Origin: Vicugna vicugna
Lineage: Eukaryota
DNA: 64,000 nucleotides
Assembly: GCA_013265495.1 (NCBI GenBank)
Contig: MU058781.1
Location: 11,017,009-11,081,008, forward strand
Direction: 5' to 3'
Shown: in pieces, positions 12,600 through 25,082 of the stretch
Position numbering within the stretch: the stretch's first letter is position 1
Layout of the letters: every line of letters starts with the position of its first letter
Position numbers and translations under genes: made by a program
Notes under the pieces: generated by a model
The model's database searches: none
Seen by the model: only the letters and a program-made list of their open reading frames with translations
Told to the model about the DNA's origin: nothing

Positions 12600-13620
12600 T
12601 ATTCATCCATTCTTTAACTTGTTCATCAAATAAAATATTAAGCTCATGCAATATGCTAGATACTTTGCAAGAGGTATGAAAGTGACATAAACATGGCACA
12701 GTAAATAAAAATATGACAAGGGTCTAAAAGTGAGCAAAACCAGACGGCACCTGTTTCTTCAAAAAGTTTACCAATTTCGTGTAGAAGACATAGTAATTCA
12801 ATTGTCACCCAAACAAATGTAAAATTGTATTTCCAAAATTCTATGAAGGAGAAGTTTACAGTGCCATGACAGCATATATTGGAAGGATTTGATTTAGAAG
12901 AACAAAAGATTGTGAGAGGAAGTGCTTGGGAAAATCTTCCTGGGGAGGGTTGATTCAGCTGGGATCTGAGGATGAGTGGGTGTCAAATGAGGTTAAAAGC
13001 ATGGCAGAGAAGAGCCTGTCCAGCAGAGGGAATTATGAATGTGAGAGCCTCTTAACAGGGAAGCAAGTTGTGTCTGCTCAAGGGCTGTACAGAGTAGGGC
13101 AGAGTGCAATGCAGCTGTGGAGGTAGACAGGGCCCCTGGACTTCACTATCCAAGCCATGGTCAAGATTTTGACTTTTACCCCAGAACAAAGGGAATTTGT
13201 TGATGGGATAATATAATTCAGATTTATATCTCAAAAAGACCACTGTACTTATCAGGATTAGGCTCCTGGTGCCCAATTAGGAAGCTATTGTACTAGCCTA
13301 GGTGAGATATGAGGTACTTTGAAATGTTGTGGGAGAAGGGGGAGGGGAAAATGTGAAAAGTATTTTTATAAGGTATAATCCATTGAATTTTTTGATGGAT
13401 TGGATATAGAGTAAGAATCCATGACTATTTTCTAGCATCCCAGTTTGCAGAACTGACCAGATGGTGGTGCCCTTCAACAAACTAATAAACAGTGAAGGCC
13501 ACAGTTGGGGCTAGAAATCATGAGTTCGAGATAGTCTGGGTTATGTTTGGGACATCCAAGTGGAGATGTCAAACTGGCAGTTAGATATGTAATTCTGGCA
13601 CTAAGAAAGTCTTTCACTGA
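12600..13620 (-). mobile_element. L2 LINE remnant
   Basis: Antisense L2 hallmarks (ATTCATCCATTC...TTCATCAAATAAAATATTAAGC; GACATCCAAGTGGAGATGTCAA). Confidence 0.7.
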
Positions 13621-13849
13621 TTCAAAGATGTTAAAGTCTCCTACATAGATATAGCTGTAGATACAGAGATAGAAATATATATATTCAGATGTTAAGAGAA
13701 ATTATAGATATAATCTTGTATTTATGGGTCCATATGTTTTAAGTATTATGCATTAAAGGATTAAATAACAAAAGAATGCAAACAGACAAATATTTTGAAA
13801 GGAGAAAGGCTGGTTCCATGAATTCCATGAGTTCAAATGTAAGCACCAA

Positions 13850-14590
13850 AGGACTCTAGAACAGATGAGTAATAGGGTGATTTGTGAGCTCTTCAAAAAG
13901 AAAAGCACAATTACCAGGTGAAAGAACAGGCCAAAGATTAGTCAAATGCATTCTATCCCTTTTGTTTAAAGAATTATCATTAATTTGTGTCAGACTTAGA
14001 ATCTGGATTTCAGCAAGGCATTTGACACTCTCCAAATACTCTTATAAACAAAGAAAACTAGATGATGATATTGAAAGGCACCTTGGCAGTTGGCTCCAAA
14101 AAGATTTATGGTCCATCAGGAAGAAGGTAATGGTGATCTGCAGTGTTTTGACTATAGTCCTGTCCTTTTTCTAATATTATTATGGCATTTACATTTTAAT
14201 ATTTGGTTATGAGAATGATATTGATCAAACTGACAGATGATAAGGTTAAAAGAAAAAAATTTTAAAAACTTGAATTTTAATGTTTTCAGAGAAGTCAGTA
14301 GTTTCACAACTGGTAGTGATTTAGCACCTCCTCCCAAAGGCATTTTGTAAAGTCTGGAGAAACTTTTTGTTTTCAAAACTGGGTAAAGTCACGTTACTGA
14401 CATCTAGTGGGTAGAGGCCAGAAATGCTGATAAACACCCTACAATGCAGAGGACAGCCCCATCCTCAACCCCACCAACCAAGAAAGAATTATCCATTCCA
14501 AATGTCAGTAGTGCCAGTGTTGAGAAAACCTGATATAAATGAACAGATTAGAACAAAGATTCAAATAAAGCAAAATTTGAGAAAGATCAT
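13850..14590 (+). mobile_element. CR1/L3 LINE reverse-transcriptase remnant, interrupted by MER20
   Basis: LDFSKAFD is encoded at 14003-14026, a degenerate SPVLF at ~14156, and LIKLTDD (FADD-like) at 14221-14241. Confidence 0.65.
14296..14532 (+). mobile_element. MER20-like hAT DNA transposon
   Basis: Termini CAGTAGTTTC...GAGAAAACCTG and internal CATCTAGTGGGTAGAGGCCAG.AATGCTG.TAAACACCCTACAATGCA.AGGACAGCCCC. Confidence 0.85.
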
Positions 14591-14804
14591 TATAACATCC
14601 TGTATTTACTGCCTCCCAATATCAACTATATAAATCACCAGCAAGGAGTTAGAGTCCCTTCCACTACAGTAGGGCCTGAAAGAAGTCTTCTTGTTCCAAC
14701 TATTCATTCTAAAAGTATAAACCCATTCCCAGAGACTAACTTACTTCCTCGGGGCTTCTTTTTTTTCCTTTGTAGAAAAAGAGGTTCAGCATGATGGTAT
14801 TCAT

Positions 14805-14965
14805 TGTAGGCTAGAAAATGGCCCCCCAAAGGTGTCCACATCCTAATCCCTGGAACCATATTTGGAAAAAGGGTCTTTGCACATGTGATTAAGTTAAAGA
14901 TATTGGTGTGGAAATGACCCTAGATTATCTGGGTGGGTCCTAAATGCCATCACAAGTGTTCTAAT
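14805..14965 (+). mobile_element. MLT1-type MaLR LTR 5' fragment
   Basis: AATGGCCCCCCAAAGGTGTCCACATCCTAATCCCTGGAACC...GATTATCTGGGTGGGTCCTAAATGCCATCACAAG. Confidence 0.8.
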
Positions 14966-15503
14966 AACTCTTCCATCTTTTCTAAGTATTTTTGAACCTC
15001 ATTTTGTAAAGATTTTGCTGATCCTCTCCATACAAATAAGATACACTTGGCAGGAATTGAACTTAGTTCTATTCATTTCTAACCTCTAATTAAATGCTAA
15101 TCCTATCCTCCAGAGGACTGGTGTCCTCAGCTAACTTAGACTGTACTTTCTCTTCCCTTTCTCATGTTCTCCAACCAACTAGATAAACAAGACAGGACCA
15201 AAGGGAGAACTGTGAACCCTCCTGCTTGTGCTGGTAAAAGAGAAAAGCAATATGGAAATGAAAGAAACAACTATTTGAGAAATATATTAAACTACTGGTT
15301 TTTCTAACATTTTAACTGCTTATTGACCAGCAGAGCAGTTATTATCTCCTCCCAAGCAGAAAGTGCTTCACCAATTACCATTTTCTGGGCATGACCTATC
15401 ATGGGTTTCCAAGAAGCCCACAATTCTAATATGGACTCCTCTTTTAAGAAAGAGATCCTTGAAAGGTACTATTAATATGTATTATCATTTATAATATCCC
15501 CAC

Positions 15504-16330
15504 TGTGACATTATAATTTATAATAAGAAATATATATTTGGCTTTCATCCCCATTTTTGGCTCAGAGCTCCTAAAACTTTTGGAATTATCTAAGTGAGGA
15601 GAGCCGCAAAGACATCCTTCTGTTATGTTAATGAGATGACCTTTGGAAAGCCCCTAGGTAACCTAAGGATAGGGGCTGCTGCCACAAAGGCCCAACCATG
15701 TGATTAGATGGTTGGAATTTTCAGTCCTACCCCTTCACATCAACCTCCAGGGAGGGAAGAGAGGGTGGGAGTTGAATCAATCCTCAGTGACCAATGATCT
15801 AATCAATCGTGAATATATAAGGAAGCCTCCATAAAAACAAAAAAGAACAAGGTTCAAAGAACTTCTGGGTTGGTGAACACATGGAAATTTAGGGAGAGTG
15901 GTGTACTCAGGTCATGAAAGTTCTGAGCCCTTTCCATAGTTTGCCCTATGCATCTCTTCCATCTGGCTGTTCCTGAGTTCAAACCATTTATAATAAACAC
16001 AACATGGTAAGTAAAATGTTTCTCCCAGTTCTGTGAGCCACTTGAGCAAATTAATGGAACCCAAGGAGCAGGTTTTTGGAATCTCCAATGTACAGCCAGT
16101 GGGTGAGAATCACAGGTGATAACCTGGATTTTTAAATGGCCTCTGAAGTAGGGTAGGGCTAGGGGAGACTTACAGGATGGAACCCTTAACCTCTAAGTTC
16201 TGATAGTACCTCCAGGTAGATAGTGTCAGTATTGAGTTGAATTGTAAGATACAGTTACTGTCAGAATTGCTTGGTGTGAAGGGAAAAAAAAAATTGGTGT
16301 TGGGTACAAAATTGTACCCATCAAAAACAC
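15504..16330 (+). mobile_element. MER21-like LTR
   Basis: Starts TGTG.. and includes AATAAGAAATATATATTTGG, CAGAGCTCCTAAAAC, ATCTCTTCCATCTGGCTGTTCCTGAGTT, AATAAA at ~15992, and CAGGTAGATAGTGTCAG.ATTGAGTTGAATTGTA. Confidence 0.8.
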
Positions 16331-16960
16331 ATAAAAGTAGGGACTAAAGGGCATACTACCAAAAAACTATATCCACAGCTACCTAGACTTGCATCCATTA
16401 AATCGAAAAACCTTGTCTAAGCTATTTATGTGCACAATTTTGACTTCAATTGTCCTGGAACAAAATTCAAATAAATCAGTTTTAATCAATATGCTAACTT
16501 TATTTCTGAAACATGCAAACAAATTAGTAAAGGTTTAGTTGAATCCACTGACAGTAATATGCAAATGAATTCTAAAGTCGGGGTCTTCTAAGCTTGCACC
16601 TAAAAACTGGAAAATGGAATGTTATATCCTAAGGTTATTTCTGTTTACTTCTATAGAGACAGCAATTTATTCATCAGTCAACACAAATACACTGAAATCC
16701 CGAGACGTACATGATCATCACTAATAAAAATGAGTGGGATTTGGTGTGCATTTTATTCATATAAAAATGCCATATAAATGCTGAATAATTATAAGCCATT
16801 ATTTCAAAATTAATTTGAGAGGCAAAGCATTTGTCTGGCAAGTCTTGTTCCTCTGCTCCTAATTACTAAGCAACCATGAAATTGACTATAAACAATGACT
16901 GACACCTTATTTACAAAAGCTTTCATGTTTTCACGCTACAATTTATGCTCATATTGACAG

Positions 16961-17056
16961 GTTTTTTTTTTCTCCCATAGAGTTATTGAGGATTGAACCC
17001 AGGACCGTGCACATGCTAAGCAAGCCCTCTACCACTGAGCTATTACCCTCCGCACC
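16961..17056 (-). mobile_element. tRNA-derived SINE, vic-1-like (camelid)
   Basis: The reverse strand reads GGAGGGTAATAGCTCAGTGGTAGAG...CTTAGCATGTGCACGGTCCTGGGTTCAATCCTCA, giving A and B boxes and an A tail. The flanks form a degenerate TSD (TATTGACAG/TATCAACAG). Confidence 0.8.
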
Positions 17057-17409
17057 TTGTATCAACAGTTTTTACTTAGTCTACCTTATGGAAGAGTCAC
17101 AAATTTTAGACACATAAAGTGAATGGCAAAAATATTTTCTAGGAATGAGAATACCAACTTGGCTTCCACCAGCATGATAAATAGCATGCCTTCAAAAGCC
17201 TGATCAACTGGTATATTAAAATGAGTTAACTAAAGCCAATTAGGTATAAATATAAACTATTTATTTGCACAGAATACACTGAACTCCATTCTCCCTAAAA
17301 GCTAAATGACTGCATCTTTCCTTCATAAAGCAATCCTATATTCTATCAAGTATTACAGTCGTTTTAAACTATGCCAAAGGGTACTGAGGCAACTTGCTGT
17401 AGGCCAGAA

Positions 17410-17915
17410 TCCTACATGTGATATTTTGGAACCAAACATAGGCTTTGCCTGGCAGGCCTCATTTGAGAAAGCTGCTATCCCCACCTTAGCCTTGGTGCAG
17501 AGCCAGTGCGCTGCAGTCTCTGAGGCAAGTTGCCTTTGAGGACCCTGCCCACCTCACCCATCCACTAGCCATGCTCATATTTGCATTCCTAGCCTAGGCA
17601 CCTCCATTCAGAAGCCTCTTCATGTGTGTTGAGGACAGGGAGGGGGCTCTCCATTCTTCTAGGCTCTCAGGTCCCTATAATGGCAAAAGCCTTTTATTTG
17701 GGGTTCCCTGAGCAGTGAGACCACTCCCTTTCCCCTATCTATACAGATCCATCTGACCTTTGTCCAGTGTCAGTCCATGGGGGGAAATGGAACATTGGGA
17801 GAACTAGCACTCTCTTTCTCTTTTTGGCTTCTTGCTTACACTATCACAGCAGTGAATAAAGCCTTAATTGTTACTTTCCATTTGACTTGTCCTAACTGAC
17901 CACCAGCTCTCTAAC
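17410..17915 (+). mobile_element. Old LTR-like element (family uncertain)
   Basis: GC-richer block with a TATA-like CCTATAA (~17673) and AATAAA (~17855) in LTR order. Confidence 0.5.
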
Positions 17916-20914
17916 AGGAACAAGAGTTCCATGCAGGGACCTTGAGGATGCCATGAAGGAGGACAGAGAGGTTAGGTAACAGTCCTCCCAGCACCCCCTT
18001 CCTAAAACACACTTCCTCGTTTCCATCAGAATAGCTCTGAGTCTGTCTGTTTTATATGTTAAGATTATGAGCAAGATTTCAACTGAGAAAAGGACTGCTC
18101 AAGGCTTACTGAAATACCTGTACATTAATATTGATTAAAAAAAGAGATAAGTAAGTATTAGTCATTATGATTACTGCAGATTAAAAGAAATTATACTAGT
18201 TTTCTAGATTCTAGTCTAGTTCTAGTTTCTAGATTCTAAATAGTCCCACTATTTTGGAAAGGAAAGAGCCCAGCATAAGCAGCAAGGTCAGCATTCATTA
18301 GGAACACTCACTCTCAGACTAGGGAGGGCTCCACCATCACAGTGAAGGAAGATCTTGAGACTACAATGAAGTTATAAAGAAGATGACAGAAGCCAGAGCC
18401 TATCATTACCAGAATCTTCCACTCAGAGAGGAGATGGAAACATGCCATATATGGACTCAGGGATGAACAGAGACGAAAGTTCTCAACATCATCATGGTTG
18501 TCAAGATATGCTAAGAGGCACTGTTCAGTGAATAGTTATATTGTAAACACACACCAGACAAGAAACTTACACACGTTGTCAAAACTAGTCCTTTAACAAA
18601 ACCCTGAAATATAATCTCCATTTTACAGATTAAGTAACTGAAACTTGAAGGGATTACATAACATTTCCAAGTCACACAGCAGACAACTCCAACTGTATTT
18701 TAACCAGATTTATTACAAACCTCATGCTTTAACTCCTACCCAGTAATGCCCCCTCCATAAGTGTTCCAACTTGCAGAGAGTGAAATAATATCTGGCCTAT
18801 TATGTATCAATTTTATTGGGTGCCTTAATAACAAACTAATTCTTTTAAACTACGAACCAAGGAACATTCCCAGGTAGTCAAAACAAACTACCCAGAACTT
18901 GCTCAGACATATGCAGTTAATGAGAATCAAACAAACAAATAAAAACAAAATCTAAGGGCCTAACAAAATTTTCAACTAGTCATTGGCCCAATCCATACTT
19001 GATCTCTTTTTACCCTTTCCACCAAGCAGTCTTCTCTCCTACAGTGAATAAGGAACACGAATCTCATCAGCAAACTGCAGAGACATCTGACTTGACTTTT
19101 TCCCTAACTCCTGTGACCACTTTAAATTGTTCTCCCTCTTTCCTGTGATCCAAACTTAGGTCTTCTGATTGTGACAATAAAATCAAAAGATATTAATTTG
19201 GCCTGTGGAGGATGTGAACACTTTATCTTAAGGGTTTCATTTACTTACATTTTAATGAATTCACAGTTATGATTAAAATCCCATAATCTACACACTTCAT
19301 TCCTTTTGCTCCCATCACCACCACCACTACCTTCACAACCACCCCCCACTCACTCTTGGCCTAATATAAAATGCATATGTTCAAAAAGAGAATGTAAATT
19401 TGAGGCAATATAACACCTTAAGATTAGTCCATTTCCCAGCAATTTCTCATTTGAATTATTTTGTATCCATAAATAATTAAGCCAACAGGGTATATTTCTG
19501 TGTCCTCATGAATTCCCTGGCTTTCATTAGTCAGTATGACTTTATTGTTAGCAAATTTCTCCCCCAACTTCTCTATGACTGTCATGGCCATTTAAAGAGC
19601 CCTAATTAGTTGCTCATCCATTCACCCAAAATTCAACTAGTTGTCACTGTAAGTGGTATAAATGGCAAGTCTGCAATCTACTAGGACAGATGTCATACGG
19701 TCTCCACACTCAACCAAAATATAGATGCTCAGTGCTAGTCAGGGCACAGCTGACTCACTTGGTGAAGGATGCAGATGACTCACTGTGAAATCCAAAGATA
19801 CCACTGATGCAAATGACTCTGTCTAGTGATGTTTTTCCAATCTGCCAACTGAGTTATAAGATTGGAGGTTGTATTGCCCATTTCCTGTGTGTTTTTTTTT
19901 TCTGAAAACAATTAAAATATCCAAATCACTTCTAGCCAGGCTGACCTGTGCCTTTCTTGACGTCACTCCAAGACCACAAAGGGCAATCATTAGAAGAAAG
20001 TGGTCCTGGAACCACTAACACACCTGGAGGATGGTGACACTCTGCTTATCATCACCACCTTGCTGAGATGTGATACTGAAAGAAACTACAATTGTTTCTA
20101 GACTGTGTGCTCTCATTCAGAGAGGAGCTGAGGTCCACAAGGCAAGGAATAGACTCTGGACAAGGAACATTTGTGTTTTAAAAGGAATCGACTAAGATGA
20201 CACTGATTCCAGCTCTCAAAATTTTGGTATCTCTGTAAACCCTTCCACAAAATAATAATAAAAATTATTATTTATGGAACCCTTACAATGTGTTAGGCAT
20301 TATACTCAGTGTTTTAATCACATTATCTCATTTAATCCTTACAACCCCATGAAGCAGGTGAGAATCAGCCTCTACTCTTACCTGTGAGACAGCTGAGCAT
20401 GATGGTGAAGACATGGAATCTAGAGCCAATTGCTTAGGTTCAGGTCTGGCTCTGCCACCTAATAGCTCTATCACCTTGGTCCTATTCTGTGGAGCAATTT
20501 TGATGATTCAAGGAACTAACTTATGGAAAACACTCACTCTATGTACAGGCTAGCTGTGATTATTGCCATCCTGGTTAACCGGGAGCTGCAGAGCAGGGAC
20601 AGGGGACATGCGGTGTGATACAATGGCTCTCTGGAGACCCAGCTCAAAGTAGCACTGCTAATGAGGATGGCTGACATTTAAGAGCAGCCCTCATCACAGA
20701 TATTCCCAAACATCTTCCTCCTTCCATCGGCTGCTTGTTTAACCAGCTACATACCAGGAAAAGGCAAGAAAAGGCTATTCCTTTGTTATCACTAAAGTCA
20801 GATCTCTGTTTCTAGGGAAAGGATGTCCTCATAGTTCTAACCCTTAAGTACAAATCTGACCCAGTGGCAACTGTCTATTCAGGATGAATCTCCCTTGGAA
20901 TAAAATAAGTACGG

Positions 20915-21358
20915 TTCTTATTTTAAGTGGGGTTCTCTAGAAGCAGAGCCTGAAACAGGGATTTGGTGAACATGATTTATTGAGGGGGTGCTCCTCAGGA
21001 AAAACCTGAAAGGGAAGGTGAGTATCAGGATAGGAAAGGAAAAGAACTGTGCAAGGATATGGTCTCAGGTAAACTGTAGGCTTAGCCTGATCCACAGGGG
21101 ACTATGGAACATACATCACACCCTAAAGTTGTTCCTACCTTGAGGCAAGGAATCTGGTACCTTTGCGGTCTTTTTGTTTTGTTTTGTTTTGTTTTTCTAT
21201 CCTGCTATTACTGAGTCATTGCCATAAGATGCTTCTAGGGTGAAGTAGCTGCAGTCAGCCAAGGGCATTTCTCCAGGAGAAGCAGGTGGTGAGCCCAGGG
21301 CAGCCAATCCTCATGTGACCTGGAGGATCTGGGCAGGGTACCAACAACATCTACTACA
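20915..21358 (-). mobile_element. ERVL-class LTR (LTR16-like)
   Basis: GGGTTCTCTAGAAGCAGAGCCTGAAACAGGGATTT...GATTTATTGAGGG, ending CATCTACTACA. Confidence 0.65.
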
Positions 21359-22049
21359 GTCCTATCAGGCCGTGGGACTATAAAAACAAACTTATTGCCC
21401 CTCATACCCTTTACACAAGCACATGCCTCCATAAAGAGTATAATCCAAAAGATTAAATTACCAATTTGCCCTCTTACACTTTAAAACAATCAAAATAAAA
21501 TCTCTGGATCCTAAAGATCTACCCAAGCCAGGCAGACTCCAGAGTTCTTTGTTTTAGGAGGGGACGAAATAGGCTGGGATTCCAACAAGAAGTTCCAGTT
21601 ACCAGTTCTCTCGCCCAGACCCTCAATAAACCTCTTCATCTGACTTAGCTTTGCAGAAATGGACACAGGCAAACAGAAAGCATTCCTGACACTTAGTGGC
21701 AGGTACCACATTTTCCACCTCACAGAAAGTCAGGGCAGGAGAGGGTTTTCCAACCATCTTTCTCTAAGGAAATTACAAGAGTGAGACAGTTCAGTTACAG
21801 GACTGTAATTAATGTCATTAAATCACTGTTGGGGCATGATTATGCCTTGAATTTAGAGGTCACCTCCCTGTTGGGATTCACAAAGGAAAAATCCTCACCC
21901 TTACATAGTCTTACTCATTCTGACAGTACATCTTGTGAGACAGATAGACAATCTCTGTGCAGCCTCTCAGGACAAGCACATACATTTAATTTAGCATCCT
22001 CCAGTATCTCCCCTAGAGGTCCTGTCTTCCACATCCCTTCCTGGGATGT

Positions 22050-22195
22050 ACACAGGTCCAGTGCTCTGGACAGTTGCACAGGGCCCCACACTTAAAAGTG
22101 CCCTGTGTTTGGTTTATGCTCTGATGTCACTCCCTTTGAAACCTCTTAATAATTTCTGAGAAAAGAGCCACATACTTTCATTTTACACTTCTTTT
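22050..22195. mobile_element. MER91-like hAT DNA transposon fragment
   Basis: CAGGGCCCCACACTTA...TTGGTTTATGCTCTG...TCTTAATAATTTCTGA...TTTCATTTTACACT. Confidence 0.65.
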
Positions 22196-22321
22196 TCATT
22201 TACCATAAATCATGTAGCCATCCCTGAATGTATGTTTTGAGCTGAGCCTGGGATATGAGTGAGGATATGGCAGCAAGACAGCTGTACCCTGCAACCTCCT
22301 CAAGGAGTGTGTACCCCCCGG

Positions 22322-22655
22322 GTGTGCTAGTCATTAGAACTGTCAACCAGATATTTTGAGTTCTCCTTCCAGACACAGGTAGGATTAAACTGAAACTTGC
22401 TGATGAAATGTGAGCAAGAAGTGATGTCACATCTGGCCAAAAGGTGTAAAAGCCAGTGCTCCATTCACCACACTGCCATTCTCCTGCCTTGGTCATCAAG
22501 ACAGAGTTTCCCTCAGCCAGTCCCTAAGAGAGACAGAGCTCCCAGACAACCTGTCATAAGCATGTGTTCTGTGAGAAGGATAAACCTTTGTGGTTTTAAG
22601 CCACTGAGACTGTGGGGTTATTTTATCCCATAACTTAGCCTATCCTGACGGATGT
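22322..22655 (+). mobile_element. MLT1-type MaLR LTR
   Basis: Characteristic 3' end ATAAACCTTTGTGGTTTTAAGCCACTGAGA...CATAACTTAGCCTATCCTGAC. Confidence 0.75.
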
Positions 22656-23984
22656 AGAAGATCATAAACAGATTCTCAAAGCATCCTTTGCAACACCTAG
22701 AGACAGCAGTGGGGGAAGAAACAGCATGCATGGTGACCATGTTTATGATAATGGGGAGGAAGACTCCCACACAAAGATATGATGGGTCAGAGGAAGCCCT
22801 CAGGGTACTGTCTAACTAATTTAGTCCAATTACTCACCACTGAACCTCAGAAAATATAGCATTAGGAGGGTTCAGTTATAATAGTCTCAACAGAATATAT
22901 TTGAATCAAGAAAAAAAAATCTGATTAAATGTGATTGTCCTTCCATCCCCGCCATTTCGTTTCTCAAATACACAGCAAGTACAAATTGCTTCTTTTTTAG
23001 GATGAGGAAAAGGAGGAATGATAAAATGACCCTAAAAGACCCCCAAAGTGTCCTGGGGTTGACTAATGAAGCTCAGCAAATAAACAGTATTTTAATAAAA
23101 TGTTTGACGAGCTTGGGAGGTGCAGTGGCTAAAAATCCCAACCTATTTGACATTTGTCTGTCTCACAAGCAAAGAATCAAGGTCAACGTGAATTTACAGT
23201 AGGCCCTGGAACAGCTCTGTAAAGAAGGGTCTCGTCCTGCCTGCAAGTTGGAACAGCTGCAATGTTCTTTTATTCATGACCAAATGTTTCCAGAATGATT
23301 AAACTGGCGTTGTAAATGTGCAGTCTATATCAACTGAGTGACAAGGATTAAGTGAGATTCAGATTAAAATGCTAAGTGAGTTTGTACCAAGATCAAGCCA
23401 GATATATAGTTAACACTAAGAAAATACATGCTGAAGAAGAAGTGTAAAAACAACCACCTAGAGAAAACCTCAGAATAACAAATTGTACCAGAGGAAGTGT
23501 CTTGAATGGCAAGTAAGTCAGTGGGGGCTGAAATTACCTTTTTGAAAGTACAATTGCTCAGCAGTATTTTTTTAAAAATACGCAGCCAAACAAACAACAG
23601 GTATATTCACAGTGGATTTGGTTCAAAAAGAAGATACAATAATGACGTTCATTTTATTGATACAATAAATGTTGGTAAACAAATTTCAGAACAAAATATA
23701 AGTTGGAAACCAAAAATTACTTTAAGAATTTCTAGAAAAAAACTGCAAAGAATAAAAATGCTTGGAGTCTTGCAGAGCTTTTCTCCCTCAAAATCTACAG
23801 TTAAAAGCCAAAATGGATGGAACTTTATTATTTCTCAAATATTGTAATAGATAGAATAAAAACACCATTAGAAAAAAAATCTATAACCACTACATGAGTA
23901 ATATCTTAAATTTCTGTTGTATAATGAATATAGAAATAAAATCACAAATCCCTTTAAAGTGACCTGAAAAACTGATTAATTAAC

Positions 23985-24325
23985 ACTCATTCAGCCCTCT
24001 GTATCTGCAGGTTTTGCATCCTTGAGTTCAACCAACTGTGGATTTAAAAAAAAAATCCTAGAAAGTTCCAACAGCAAAACTTGAAATTGCTATGCACCAG
24101 CAACTATTTAAATAGCGTTTACATTGTATTTATGTCTATTTATATAGCATTCACTTTGTATTAGGTATTATAACTAATCTAGAGATGACTTAAAGTACAC
24201 AGGAAAATGTGTGTAGGTTATATGCAGATAGTCCACCATTTCATAGAGGGTACTGGAGCATCTGTGGATTTTGGTATACACGTGAGTCCTGGAACCATTC
24301 ACTCTCAGATGCGAGGAACAACTGT
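23985..24325. mobile_element. MER2-like TcMar-Tigger DNA transposon
   Basis: CCCTCTGTATCTGCAGG...CAACCAACTGTGGAT...TTGTATTAGGTATTATAA.TAATCTAGAGATGA...GATGCGAGGAACAACTG, with degenerate terminal inverted repeats. Confidence 0.85.
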
Positions 24326-24499
24326 TTAAGTAAGAGATTTGAATTGATTCCCTCTGACCTCCCTGGCTGTGGATTTCTAATCTTCTCTAAATCAGCTCAC
24401 CTTCCATGGAATTTTACCCCACTGATCTGCAGGCCTTTGCTACAACCTGTACTTTTGGATTTTTTGAAGAGAACACAATTGGCAGCAAAGATTGGCGTC

Positions 24500-25082
24500 T
24501 GTATAAATTCCAGATAGTAGCTTCACCACCTCAAAATGTGTCCTTTGGCATGTGGGTTATTTTGACCTAAAAACAATCGATTAGGCCCAAAAGACTCTGG
24601 AAGAAATTTTGACCTTCCCCCTAACTGCCTAAAACAATTTACATAGAGGGCATGTTCCTAGAATAAAGATATCACCAGAGATGTCTGCAAAGAACGGCTG
24701 TGTGGTAGGGGAGACTCGGCAAGGTCTAGAGATGAGGCCACTCTGTGTCCCATTATCTGTGCCTGGCCCAGCAAACATTATTTACCAAACTCTTGCTTTT
24801 CCATCCCCATGTGAATTTCCTTCTTCCTCACCTGTGAAGTCCCAAACCACTACCCTCAACATCTTCTTTTGTCTGTAGATGAAGATGATACTTAAGGTGA
24901 AGGTTTCTGCCATTTTGGTGAGTTACTCATTTTGAGGTGGGGGGAGGGGAATCCATCCCATGTATACATGTTAATGAACTTTTGTTTTATTTTTCTCCTA
25001 TTAATCTGTCTCATGTCAATTTAATTCTTAGACCAGCCAGAAGAATACAGATGGATAGACAAAAATTTCTTCCTCCCCGACA
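24500..25082 (+). mobile_element. Solo LTR, same family as 2223-2766
   Basis: Shares long blocks with the first copy (CCCTAACTGCCTAAA, ATCACCAGAGAT.TCTGCAAAGAA, TGTCTCATGTCAATTTAATTCTTAG) and ends CCGACA. Confidence 0.8.

Noticed and set aside
16961..17056. Possible tRNA genes here and at ~61130-61208
   Set aside because: A and B boxes are present, but so are A tails, TSDs and degenerate stems, so these are SINEs rather than tRNAs.
2223..25082. Two same-orientation related LTRs bracketing gag-pol, which could be read as one 23-kb provirus
   Set aside because: The copies are clearly diverged from each other and the first has its own TSD-like flanks. The PBS follows a different LTR (ending 3813), and the interval contains older MIR, L2 and CR1 relics. 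They are best read as independent solo LTRs.
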